This document shows, piece by piece, positions 45,034 through 55,800 of a DNA stretch of 64,000 bases (its first letter is position 1; each line of letters opens with the position of its first letter). A program made the translations under genes and the position numbers. The notes below the pieces were generated by a model, which was not told the DNA's origin, did not search any database, and worked only from the letters and a program-made list of their open reading frames with translations. This DNA is from Bugula neritina (taxonomy: Eukaryota > Animalia > Bryozoa), in the NCBI GenBank assembly GCA_964035545.1, contig OZ037770.1, forward strand, positions 7,384,973 through 7,448,972. The letters are read 5' to 3'.

Positions 45034-45873
45034 ATAAATAAAAGACTCAGCTCACTATCCTCCAATGAGGAGGAGTTTAAAACCACCATACAACCATACC
45101 AAGAAGCACTATCAAACAGTGGATATGACTATAAATTAAAATATAACCCGACACTTAAATCCAACAGCAATAATAAAAATAGAAATAGACACATATTATG
45201 GTACAACCCACCTTTTAGTTCAACAGTAAAAACCAAAATAGGGAAGACATTTCTCCAAATCATCGACAAATGCTTTCCACCATATAACCAACTAAGTAAA
45301 ATTTTTAATAGGAAAACCATAAAAATTAGTTATTCACGCATGCCCAACATGAAAAATATCATTGATGGCTCGAACCAACACAAACTTAAAACCGCACACA
45401 TCCCTACTACAGCTACTAAACTAAATGACACACAATGTAACTGCAAACAACCTTCCCACTGTCCACTAAATGGTAAATGCTTATACAAAAACGTAATATA
45501 CCAAGCAACTGTGACAAGACAGGACAATAACTCCAGCCATTCATACATAGGACTCTGTTCGACTACCTTCAAAACCAGATTTAATAACCATAAAGCCTCT
45601 TTCCTACATGCAGATAAAGCCAACAGCACACAACTCAGCAGACACATCTGGAATTTGAAAGACAACAACACGAAATTCAGCTTAAAATGGAATATTTCAA
45701 AAATTTGCAAATCCTACTCAAACCTAACCAACAGATGTAACTTATGCAGCTATGAGAAATATATAACTTTAAAACAACCGGAATTATCCTCCCTCAACAA
45801 ACGAAAAGAGCTCTCCACCACGTGCAGACACAAGCGTAGATTTTTACTTGCGCATTTAACAAACGCTAGTTAA
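45034..45873 (+). CDS. Penelope-like element C-terminal ORF fragment (RT thumb/linker and GIY-YIG endonuclease), uninterrupted but lacking the RT core
   Basis: Extends track ORF 45340-45873 upstream in the same frame without stops. VIY..YIG motif pair and conserved R, E, N residues. Confidence 0.85.
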   Translation: MNKRLSSLSSNEEEFKTTIQPYQEALSNSGYDYKLKYNPTLKSNSNNKNRNRHILWYNPPFSSTVKTKIGKTFLQIIDKCFPPYNQLSKIFNRKTIKISYSRMPNMKNIIDGSNQHKLKTAHIPTTATKLNDTQCNCKQPSHCPLNGKCLYKNVIYQATVTRQDNNSSHSYIGLCSTTFKTRFNNHKASFLHADKANSTQLSRHIWNLKDNNTKFSLKWNISKICKSYSNLTNRCNLCSYEKYITLKQPELSSLNKRKELSTTCRHKRRFLLAHLTNAS

Positions 45874-45936
45874 GTCATTCCAGCGATACATAAACAATGC
45901 TAATTTCAAAACAAAATCAATCGACCGTACACACAA

Positions 45937-45983
45937 CGACCTGATGATCGTAGCTTGCACTACGTGAAACTATATTGTAGTCG
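45937..45983 (+). ncRNA. Minimal type I hammerhead ribozyme (Penelope-associated)
   Basis: CGAC-CUGAUGA-u-CGUAG(cuugca)CUACG-u-GAAAC-uauauu-GUA-GUCG: complete catalytic core, 4-bp stem I, 5-bp stem II, 2-bp stem III. Predicted cleavage after A45979; 64 nt downstream of the PLE stop codon. Confidence 0.85.
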
Positions 45984-46650
45984 AAAAATGAATATATAAG
46001 TTTATTTTATATCCAAAATTGTATCAGTACCAAATATAAATACTCTAATTTTTAAAATATTGAGTTCTTTTGATTCATTTTTTAAATATAGAAACTATAT
46101 ATATAAAATTATATATTTATATTCCTGCCACACACGCAGGACCACAGCGGTGAAAGGCAACTACATATTGTATATATTGTAATTTCACTAGTTCTATCAC
46201 ACAATTTCTGCTGAAAAGAGAAATTTGTATCTAGTAAAATTTTAGACCGATAAATCAAGCAAAAGAGCCTCCCATTAGGTGTTCAAAAACTGCCATAGAA
46301 GCCCAGTTTCAATTCATTCAAAACCCTGGTAATGTTGATCTAAGATTATACAATATTTTGTAAGCAAATTCTAAGTTTTATTCTTGCAAAGTTGGTGAGT
46401 TATCAAATTCTGGTTCACAGATACCACATGCAAATATATTTTGTTCTCGTATTGTGCACACCAAATCATTTTGTCTCAATATATAACAATAGGTATAGCT
46501 GAAATATGTTTATGCATACATATGTATATGTATACAAATTTCTGTGAAACAAGATAAAATTCTAGCAATTTCAGAAGAATAATAGTAACACTGCACTTAT
46601 AGCTATGATCATTATTACAGCCAAATGATGTAAGATGTGCATAATATTAA

Positions 46651-46856
46651 TTACTGAATTATTAAAGTTAGATTGTCCCTTATCATGTTGAGATCTAGGT
46701 CTGCCGACAGTGTTTTTTTTCCGACCTGAGATGTATTGCCACATCTATCTTCATAGTCACACATTGGACGTGCTTCCTTCTCAGCCATTACAGACTTTTC
46801 TATGCTATTAAGGTTTCCAGGTAACGAACCCAATGCCACGGCAGACCAATCTATAT
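46651..46856 (-). CDS. LAS1L: LAS1L last coding exon (DIDWSAVALGSLPG..DLNMIRDNLTLIIQ*)
   Basis: Acceptor tttacttatag, phase 1, with an alternative AG 6 nt downstream. Completes the W..D..W...LG..PG motif recalled from the LAS1L C-terminus. Confidence 0.75.
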
Positions 46857-49800
46857 CTATAAGTAAATAAATCAACGCAGATTTACAGTCAGTGTAGGAC
46901 AGTAAACAAAATACTTGTCAAAACAGGTGAATCAATAAGTGGCGAAACTAAGTGAAGCTGAGTTTGCATTTTTAAAGTTGGAATTTGGAAGGTTTCACTG
47001 AAAATCCTTGTATTGAACGTTTTGATAGCAAGGTGTGTGGGGTCTTTACTGGTCTGCCAAGTTGGAAATTAACAGTCGTTGATGGCTTTCAAAAGCAGCA
47101 TTTTCGAAGATTTAAACCAAGATAAACAGATAGGAAACAAAGTGTGATGACTGCATAAAGAAAAATTATTCCGCAATTATTTAGTCTAAACCATCATAGA
47201 TTTATCTTTCAATAAAACTTTAAAAACTGATTAGCAGTATATATAGAACAGATTTGAATTAGCTCTTCCGTTGTCGAGCTTCAGTTTTCAGTTTAGTTTG
47301 GTTTAAGCACAAATATCTTAAAAGTATCAGTTAAAACATTTTGATAATCCAACACTAATATTGGAAGTATTAAAGAAAGTTAGAAGCCTGCATTTCTTCA
47401 AACTAATCCCAAATGGCAAAACATTCAATGTTTTAAGACAGCTCCTTACATTTGTTGATATCATAAAGGAAAACTAAAACTTGCTCAATCAATCCAGAGA
47501 TGATTTTTAGGAGAGTGGTGACTTTAGGGAATCATAGGGACATCATTATGCTGCGTTTTGTGCCGCGAGTTTATACAAGTTATAAAGGGAAAATTTTGCC
47601 ACTTTTGTTATTTTTTCTTTTTTATTCCATGTGTAATTTTTTTTAGTTTTGTTTATTGGTAAAGCTTTTAAACACATTTTATGCATATAAGATTAAAGAC
47701 AATTTTAAAACTCATTCGTGCACATAAATACAAAGCCATAAAGTTTAAGTTCAGCATCCGGTGAAGCTAGGCGGGTGACCAGGTGTCTTCAGCTCCGGTG
47801 GTTTTGGCCTGGGATGACCCGGAATGTCCGACTCTGGGTGCGGAAGTTTGAGATATGCCAGGCTAGCAAGCATGACCGCTCCACTGAGACCGCGAGGAGA
47901 CGTCATCTCCATGCCAGTCGTCCACGGCAAGTCGTTGCCGTAGATCTGGTGGGCCCCATGCCCACATTTGAGAGAAGTAATAACTGGATACTGGTGTTAA
48001 CTGACCATTTTGTGCGGTGGACTGATGCTCTGGCTATTCTAGATGCATCGGCCCCCACAGTGGCCAGGGTTTTAGATAATAACGTGTTCTGTTATTTCGG
48101 CTTCCGGAGCAAATACACACTGATCAGGGTGCTCAGTTTCAGTCGCAACGTATGAGCGATTTCTGTAAGAAGTGGGGAGTCAACCAGAGCTGGACTACCC
48201 CATGTCACCCGCAAGGAATGGGGTTGTTGAACGGAACAACCGAAGGCTAGGCGACTCTGAGAAGCCCGCTACTGGGTAGAGGTCAGGAAGAGTAGGACTT
48301 GGTGCTGCCGCAAATCATGCGAGCATACCATGCTACCCCTCACTCTGGCACACTGGAGACCCCGAATTTCCTCTTGCTTGGTAGAGAAACGAAGGTTCCG
48401 GAGCATTCAACCTACCATGTTCTTGCTCCCGAGAGCAGCGTCTACGAGTACGTGGATGAGCTCATTGTTCGCATGAGGTTTTGCGTGAGCAGCAATGGCA
48501 GTTGAGGAGCGGAGACTCAAATGACATCCCATTGTGGGAGACTGGGTCGGGATGATCAGTCATCACCAGCAGCGCGGACAGGTGGCTAAGTTACAACCAA
48601 AGTTTGTGGGTCCTTATTGCGTGACCGAGGTGATGCCCAATCACACGTATAAGGTGGAACGTTAGGGTCAGGTGTCAATCCAGAACGAGGCCCGCCTGAA
48701 GCTATATTGGGCAAGCCATGATTCAGCAGGACAGGCTCCTCCACTCCTGGAACCTACGCGCCATCTGACCGTGAGGGGACGGGCTAGGGCCAACAGCGAG
48801 TTGGAGGTTATAGTACGGAGACCGAAAGAGGCGGCCGAAGAGCTGACAGACCAGCTCCAGCCGGCCCCACTACCAGTAGAACCAGCCGACGCACCTGCAG
48901 TTTCCAATGAGATGGAGACTTCTCGAATTGATGAGGATAATAGAGCTGGGGAGGACCCAACCGTACTGGTGGAACCCCTCCCCTGAACCAGAGGCACCAT
49001 TCCTAGTGGTGGACTCACCACTGACAGAAGCTCCCCAGTACTGTTAGAACCTAGCCATCTTATCTTGAAAACTTTTTTTGTGACTTGGTCAAAATGCATA
49101 CTATTTTGTAAGTCGTCAGTCAGTACAAAAGAAGTCTGGGGTCAGCGATTGAGATTTGTATTCTCCAGTGGCATATACATTAGGTCAGCTGGAGGTCAGC
49201 AGGGGCGTTATGTAATCACTCTTACTGTGCAGAGCACCATTTTCACTTGTAACTGTCGAAGTGACAGCACGTCTTCGTGACTATTGGCAGCGACGAGCCC
49301 TGAAAAGACAGTATGACTGACAATGTGACTGCTTTGGAGGGTAAGTCTACTAGTGAAATTCTGTTATTTAATTAGAATTAAACCTAGTAGCCGACTACAG
49401 TCTCACTTCATCATAATAATAAAGTTGGACTTCCGACGTCAGGTGATTTCACTGACGATTTGGAGTTGAGTAATCACACGGATGGTTTATCGAAACCAGG
49501 AGGTTGTCAATTATCAACTCGGTCGCGGTGTCGTACTGACTAGGTGGAGTCCCCTACAATATCTGTGTGTTCTGTTGCAGGTGGGACTGTTCGCGGCCCT
49601 CATAGGTTGGGGAACTAGAAGACCTGCCTCCACCACTATCAGCCACGCAGTCACCTCCCGGACATTCGTCCAGACTACTACGACTACTAGCATTTCATGG
49701 AGCCATTTCACCACTTCCTAGAACAGAGTGTTAATTCGATAACTGCCACACTTTAATCCACGTGCTCTGTTGCAGGTGAGGCTGTACCTGGGTTATCGTG

Positions 49801-52800
49801 GATACAGGCCTTGCTAGATGCCCCAACTCCACAATGGGAGGATATATCTGATGCCGGTCTGGAGCTGCTATCCGACCTGCATTTTGGTACCCAGTAGGCT
49901 GAAGAAACCACTTGTATATACTAATACAATGCAAGTGACCACCAGTGATGCTCTAGCCTTGCCACAGGCTTTCCTCAAAAAGGCGAACTGGACCATCAGG
50001 CGATCGAAGATGTTGGTACAGGCGAGCATCGGACTGGAGATTAACAGGAAATACGACAAGTACCGGCGCACCTTCTCCACCATGAAGTGGCTGCGCGTAA
50101 ACGTGCCGCAACATTTTACAGTGACCTGCCCCCATGGCATTCACCACTTTTCAGACGCTATCCTCCGTCATCAAAGGACAAAGCAATGCCTGCCGGCTAC
50201 TTATTCAAGGTGGATCAAGACTCCTACGCAGAGTTTCGGGACTTGATTCTCCCCCACTTATCCTCACTATCACTACAGGAGTCATTGCTGCAGGGGTTTC
50301 CCAGTACACGTCCGACGGTGGAAAGCGACTCCGGTGCCACTGATTCCAACTCCGACCCTGTAATCCCGTGTCGGATGAAGTGAAGATGTTCCCCTTTTCG
50401 CGTGATGGTGACCCCGCGCTGGTCGGTGGGTAGAGGAGCCCACTCAGCCACTCCCCTCTCAGTCGTCGCCCACTTCCCCATCATGCCAGAAGAGAAGGAG
50501 GAGATTCAAGACTAAAACGGTCCCTAATGACACAACAATGATGAGATACGTACTTACTTAGAGAGACTACGACTAGCGTTTTGATCATTTTTTCATTATA
50601 TTACACACTACTGCATACAGTGGCACAGGACAATTCATCACCATTCACCCTTATACTCACTTAGCTACTCACTTAGCTACTCCCTAAGCTACTCACTTAG
50701 CCACACCTTTTTTTAAACCACAAATAGCTTTGTTCTCACTATTATACAATGCAATGATTTTTGCTAACAGAATAGCTGTCAGCTTTTTATAGCTTGTAGC
50801 CAGGAATTATAATAGCTGAGGTGTTGTATGCCTTCATTCCAGAGTATGATGCTTTCCTCCACTGACTGTTGTAATTCTCACTAGTCATTTTTGATTTTTG
50901 ATTAAACTTTCACTATCACAATTTTATATATTTAATTCTAACTCTCCCCAGGAAGGGTAATGGAGGTATGTTGACCATTGTTAATGTTATGCAACAATTT
51001 TGTAATGTTTTATGTTTCATTTTTCTTTTTATCAATGTCTCTATTATTAAATTGTATTATTGTAGTTTCACGTTGGTTACTAGTTAGTTTCAATAAACAT
51101 CAGCAAAACTCCAGCAGTGCAACCTGTTATCAATAAACTGGGGTAGACGTTACAACGACGCTTCACATGACTGTGTAAGAAGCAACGACGAACAGCCTCG
51201 AAGCTAGCTCGGTTACAGGAGCTCTTCAACACACGAACCTCCAACTGAATGATACATATCGTCACAATTATATTCCCAGTGGTTGTTTCGGCTTGTGGGT
51301 GTGAGTTCCTACATTATTGCAAATAGCTGTATTCTATTTATGGTTGTGGGGCAGTGCATTAATTGTATATACATGTATTATTATATTCTTCCAGTGGTGA
51401 TGTTAGCGCCATGCTTTTATATGCGTACTTTTCTGTGTGCGTTTGATAACTTCCTAGTTTTATATTTTTTTGTGTTCGTCATTATCATTTTCAACTTCTG
51501 ATGGCTTAGTTTATCGGCAGCCATGCCTTCCGATAGGTGGGGGGTGTGGTGAATTATGGTACATCAGACTCCTAAACTTACTCTGCTACCTTAATGTTGC
51601 ATCATCTGCGGGAGGCTAAGCTACGCCCCAGTCTAATACCATAATACATTGCTACGCTATCTTTCTGGACAATGGATAGGATCGGCCAATCGGGATGGAC
51701 CTAATGATTCTACGATCATAAGCAGCTTGCATCAGCAGCGGCAGTTGGACAGTAGGGCTTTGGATAGTCAAGTTGTTTGCATAGATATTGTCAAGTTATG
51801 TAGCTTTTCTCACTCATGTTATTTTATTTATTCTTGTATTATTTGTACTAAATAAGCTATGGCTATACTCAATACTCTACGTCGCGGTTACCAGCATTCA
51901 ATCTTAAATACTCACATAATTAGTGAATAGTGAATAGTGAATTCACAACAATATGATTTGGAAAATTGAACTATTAGATGTATTACTCAAAAATTAATCA
52001 AAAAGACTGGTGATGTGATTACTGTAAAAATGAATTTAAAAATTGTTACATAATTAGACTTGGTAGCTGCACAATTTATTAAACTACTTTATCAGCTAAC
52101 TATCACTAATAATTGTGTAGCTTAATATATTGACAATAGAAAGCCCAAAGTTATTCAATTATTACAAAGTTCTTAAAAAGTTTAGAAAATTATTAGGATC
52201 TTTATTATTTGAATTATTTTTTAAAAGTTTTATTTAAGACTAAGTTCACACCTTTGAGTCATACAAACAATTATCAAATAATTCAATGTGTTTTAAATAT
52301 TTTCTGTTTTTGTAAATTTTTTTAATATTCTTCAACTTGTTCATTAAATTAAAACGTATAAAACACTATAAATTAAGCTCATGAATTACACCCGTGTTCA
52401 GGGCCAGTAAGATGTGCAGAATAAAAATGTGTTCAAATTGAAACTGCAATTAAATCAGGTTTATGTTGATAACTAAATATAATTTGCTTAATTAAATAAT
52501 TTAATTATAATTTTCATCATAAATTTTCTGTGAAAAACATGTAACAAAGGTTCAAAAACTGGGTGAATCTATCCCACAACTACTCACTGTAAACATATAT
52601 AGTAATATGAGCCATGCCTCCTACTGATTTGTAGCAAAATGGCAGACAATGCTCTAAAATTGCCACTCTGATATAGATCATCTCTGAACCAATCCAGTCA
52701 AAATGTATGTGCATTAGAATAGTAACAAAATATTTCACAATTTCTTTAATATCGGCAATTAAGAACTATGAAAATGGTTATCAATTATTTGTATTCTTTT

Positions 52801-55800
52801 AAACAAGTACTCAATCATTTATATTTACTTCTAATTTATCATATTGTTCAATGAACATAATATAAGATAAATGAAATAATTTGCAGTCAGGTTAAAAAAC
52901 CGGCAGCATATATTCTTTCAACAGGATGCAGTGAACCCCTATTTACTGGGATACCATATGAACCATAGACTTAGCAAGTGGGTACCTCAATATGCCAAAA
53001 TATGACTATTTTACAATACAAAACCTTAGCCAACTAGTCACTACAAATGGAAAAATGTTTTTTTTATTGAAAACAATTCAGTTTTCTTTAGAATTTGCAC
53101 TGAGGTGACGAAGGCAACAGGTTTGAAGGCAAATTGACCTTTTTTGTAAAATTTCAAACTTGATTGGAGTAGAAGTAGTTTAGAAGATTCTGAAGGTCCC
53201 GGTTCGCAACCTGGGGGAATTTTCCCTAAGGGCTTTTTAGGCGGAATTGGCTTCTGAAAATTTCTCATAGTTTTGGAACAGCTTTTTGAGCTCTTTTCTT
53301 TTTTCCCATTAGTTACAGTGCATGTGCAATGTCTTTGTTTTAATTCATTTATTCATTCACATGAAAATTTGCAATCTAAACCTACTTCTACTGGGAATGG
53401 AGGTTATGAAGTTTGAATTAAAGGTAAAACCAATGAGAAGTTTTGCAGCAACCCAAGCTAATTTCTGATATGCATACCCAGTGGATATATTTGCATTCTG
53501 TGGGAGTGCAATCATCACATGATTGCTTCTCATAACAGCATCAATGCTTTCAAAGCTAAACTGAAGTTGTGGCAAACACAAGTCTATATTAAAAAAATTT
53601 CACACTCAATAAATTATTAGGAAAATATCTTGTTTCTGATTCTCTTTCAAAAAATGAAAATTTAATTGAGCTAATTGACAGTGAAGGATGATTTGATGAT
53701 TTCTAAGTTCCACAATTAAATTCTACCCATGTATTGCTGACAAAATTGTAATGCCATTCAGCACCACCTTATCATGTCAGGCATGACTCCCACCAATGCT
53801 AACAATTAAAATTAAGAAGAAAAACTGCAAAGTGATATAAAATATGCGGTCAAAAATACAGCCAGATTTGAGCATGCTGACACAAAATCATCACTCGCAG
53901 CATCGCATTATTAATTGAACTTCTCTGTGTTTTATACATACGCATAATATAATTATTATAATATTATAAGCAAAATAAGAAAATATAACAATGTCACAAA
54001 TTCTGAGTGTACATATACCTATAAATAGACTTACCGGGTTTTTCCTAATGATTATACAGGAATGTTCATAAATATTCTAGACTGATCAAAGAGATGGGTC
54101 ATTGTTCACTGTTATTGTTTTCATTAGTCATGTTAACTACTGCCCAGCAATGTAAACAAGGTATTGCGCAATAATTGCGAAATAACCATGGAAATTCCAA
54201 TGTTTTGTTTTGTTTTGATTTTCTATAAATAGTATTGGCATGTGGGGAATGTTTCCTACTAGAATCTTCTATACTGGAATGCTTGAGAATGTTCTAGAGT
54301 CTTTTGTTTACTATAAATACTGAGGCAGTTGTGTTTACAAATCAGTTCATTCTCGGAGTTCATTTTTATTAATTCATCTGTGCATATCTTACTAAAGGAA
54401 TAAAGTCTACTTATATCCACAACTCTATTTACTCACAACTGGATTAGCAAGCTGTATGCTACTTGTCTCTACACTTCTGACTACCAGACTTTTCGAACTC
54501 GTCACACTGCTACCAACAGTTTTGTGACAAACAAATATATACTTGTAATATATGTTATGCTTGTCATATACAATACGCTTTTAAGTGGGTGCAAACTACT
54601 AAAAAAAAATTATTAAAGGGAAGAATATTATGACATACTATACTATACTATGAAAAAGGTTGCTGCAGGTGACTGTCAAGTAAATAAATAGTTCAATATT
54701 TTAGTTACTTTGTCAATAACAGTTACTGTATTTTATACTCAATTATTATTTATTGTTGGAAAATATTTATTGGACTAGTAAGATTTCACTAACCATCTGC
54801 TAATTGCCACACACTATCCTGTTGACGGGGCTGGCCAGTCTTAGATCTCCATGACTGTTTCTGGACATCACTCACACTGTATATTCTATCCACCTCCATG
54901 TTGGGTGGTAGCCCAGCACTTTCCTTCACCTCTGTGCCGTCACTGTCACCACCATATATCTTTCTCAGTGCACACAAATCATCACTAAGAGTGAGGTTGA
55001 GTAACTTGGCTAATCTACATCCACACAAAACCAACTTCACATGACAATGTAGGGTTTAAGTAGAAGTATAGTTGCATATAGCCTATCTGAGATATAACAG
55101 GTATAATTTGCTGATCTTTCAATATTGTCCATAAAACATAAGTATAAAAAAAAGTAGAAGTTCTTACTTGTCAACAGAAGAAAAAAGACTTGGCACCAGT
55201 AGGAAGACTCTCAACAGTTTGTCACTTAGACTATTTTCATCTATGTAGGATCCACTATCTATACAAGCATCAAAATAGTTGGTTAGTGACAGCTAGTAGC
55301 TAACAATAAGATAACTGTTGGCCATGTAAGATGAAGAAAAACAACAGGGGTGGTCCAACTTGGGAGCAAAATCAGAACAGAACTAAGAATTTTTGAGCAG
55401 ATTTGTCAAGAATACTTGATCAGGTACATTCTTAACAAAGTACAGTCAAGAAAAAATAGCAAATATGGACAACAAAACCTCTTCATCACAAACAGATAAA
55501 AGGACAAAATTAGTAAACAGTTAATAACAAAAAAAAACAATAAACAATGAATGAAGAACAAAATCAACTAAGGGCGCTTTCGGATTCCTTACGCGTAGCC
55601 TACTGGGCTCATCGATGAATTTGCTCACTTTCTCCCCGTCGAGTACCCCTCGATGAGCTTCTTTTTCGATGGGATACGCGATGGCTACCGAATGCATCGC
55701 GTAGGGGTGCACGTAACACTCATCGAGTAGGGCAACAAGTTTTTAATAAGACTTTCGACCTTACTGACTGCACAAGTATTGACATTTATTTACATAGCAC

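Larger units (their letters stand above)
45009..46030 (+). mobile_element. 5'-truncated Penelope-like retroelement (RT thumb end, GIY-YIG endonuclease, 3' region with hammerhead)
   Basis: The frame is open from 45034: INKRLSSLSSNEEEF..YQEALSNSGY..WYNPPFS..KISYS.MPNM..CNC..CPLNGKC..NVIYQA..YIG..FKTRFNNH..CNLC..EK..LNKR.E..CRH. The 3' boundary is approximate. Confidence 0.92.

Noticed and set aside
46915-47150. Exon-like segment with a good minus-strand acceptor at 47150
   Set aside because: Stops in all three frames and not needed for the LAS1L model.
55345-55362. hAT-like terminus CAGGGGTGGTCCAAC
   Set aside because: No matching opposite end or TSD found.
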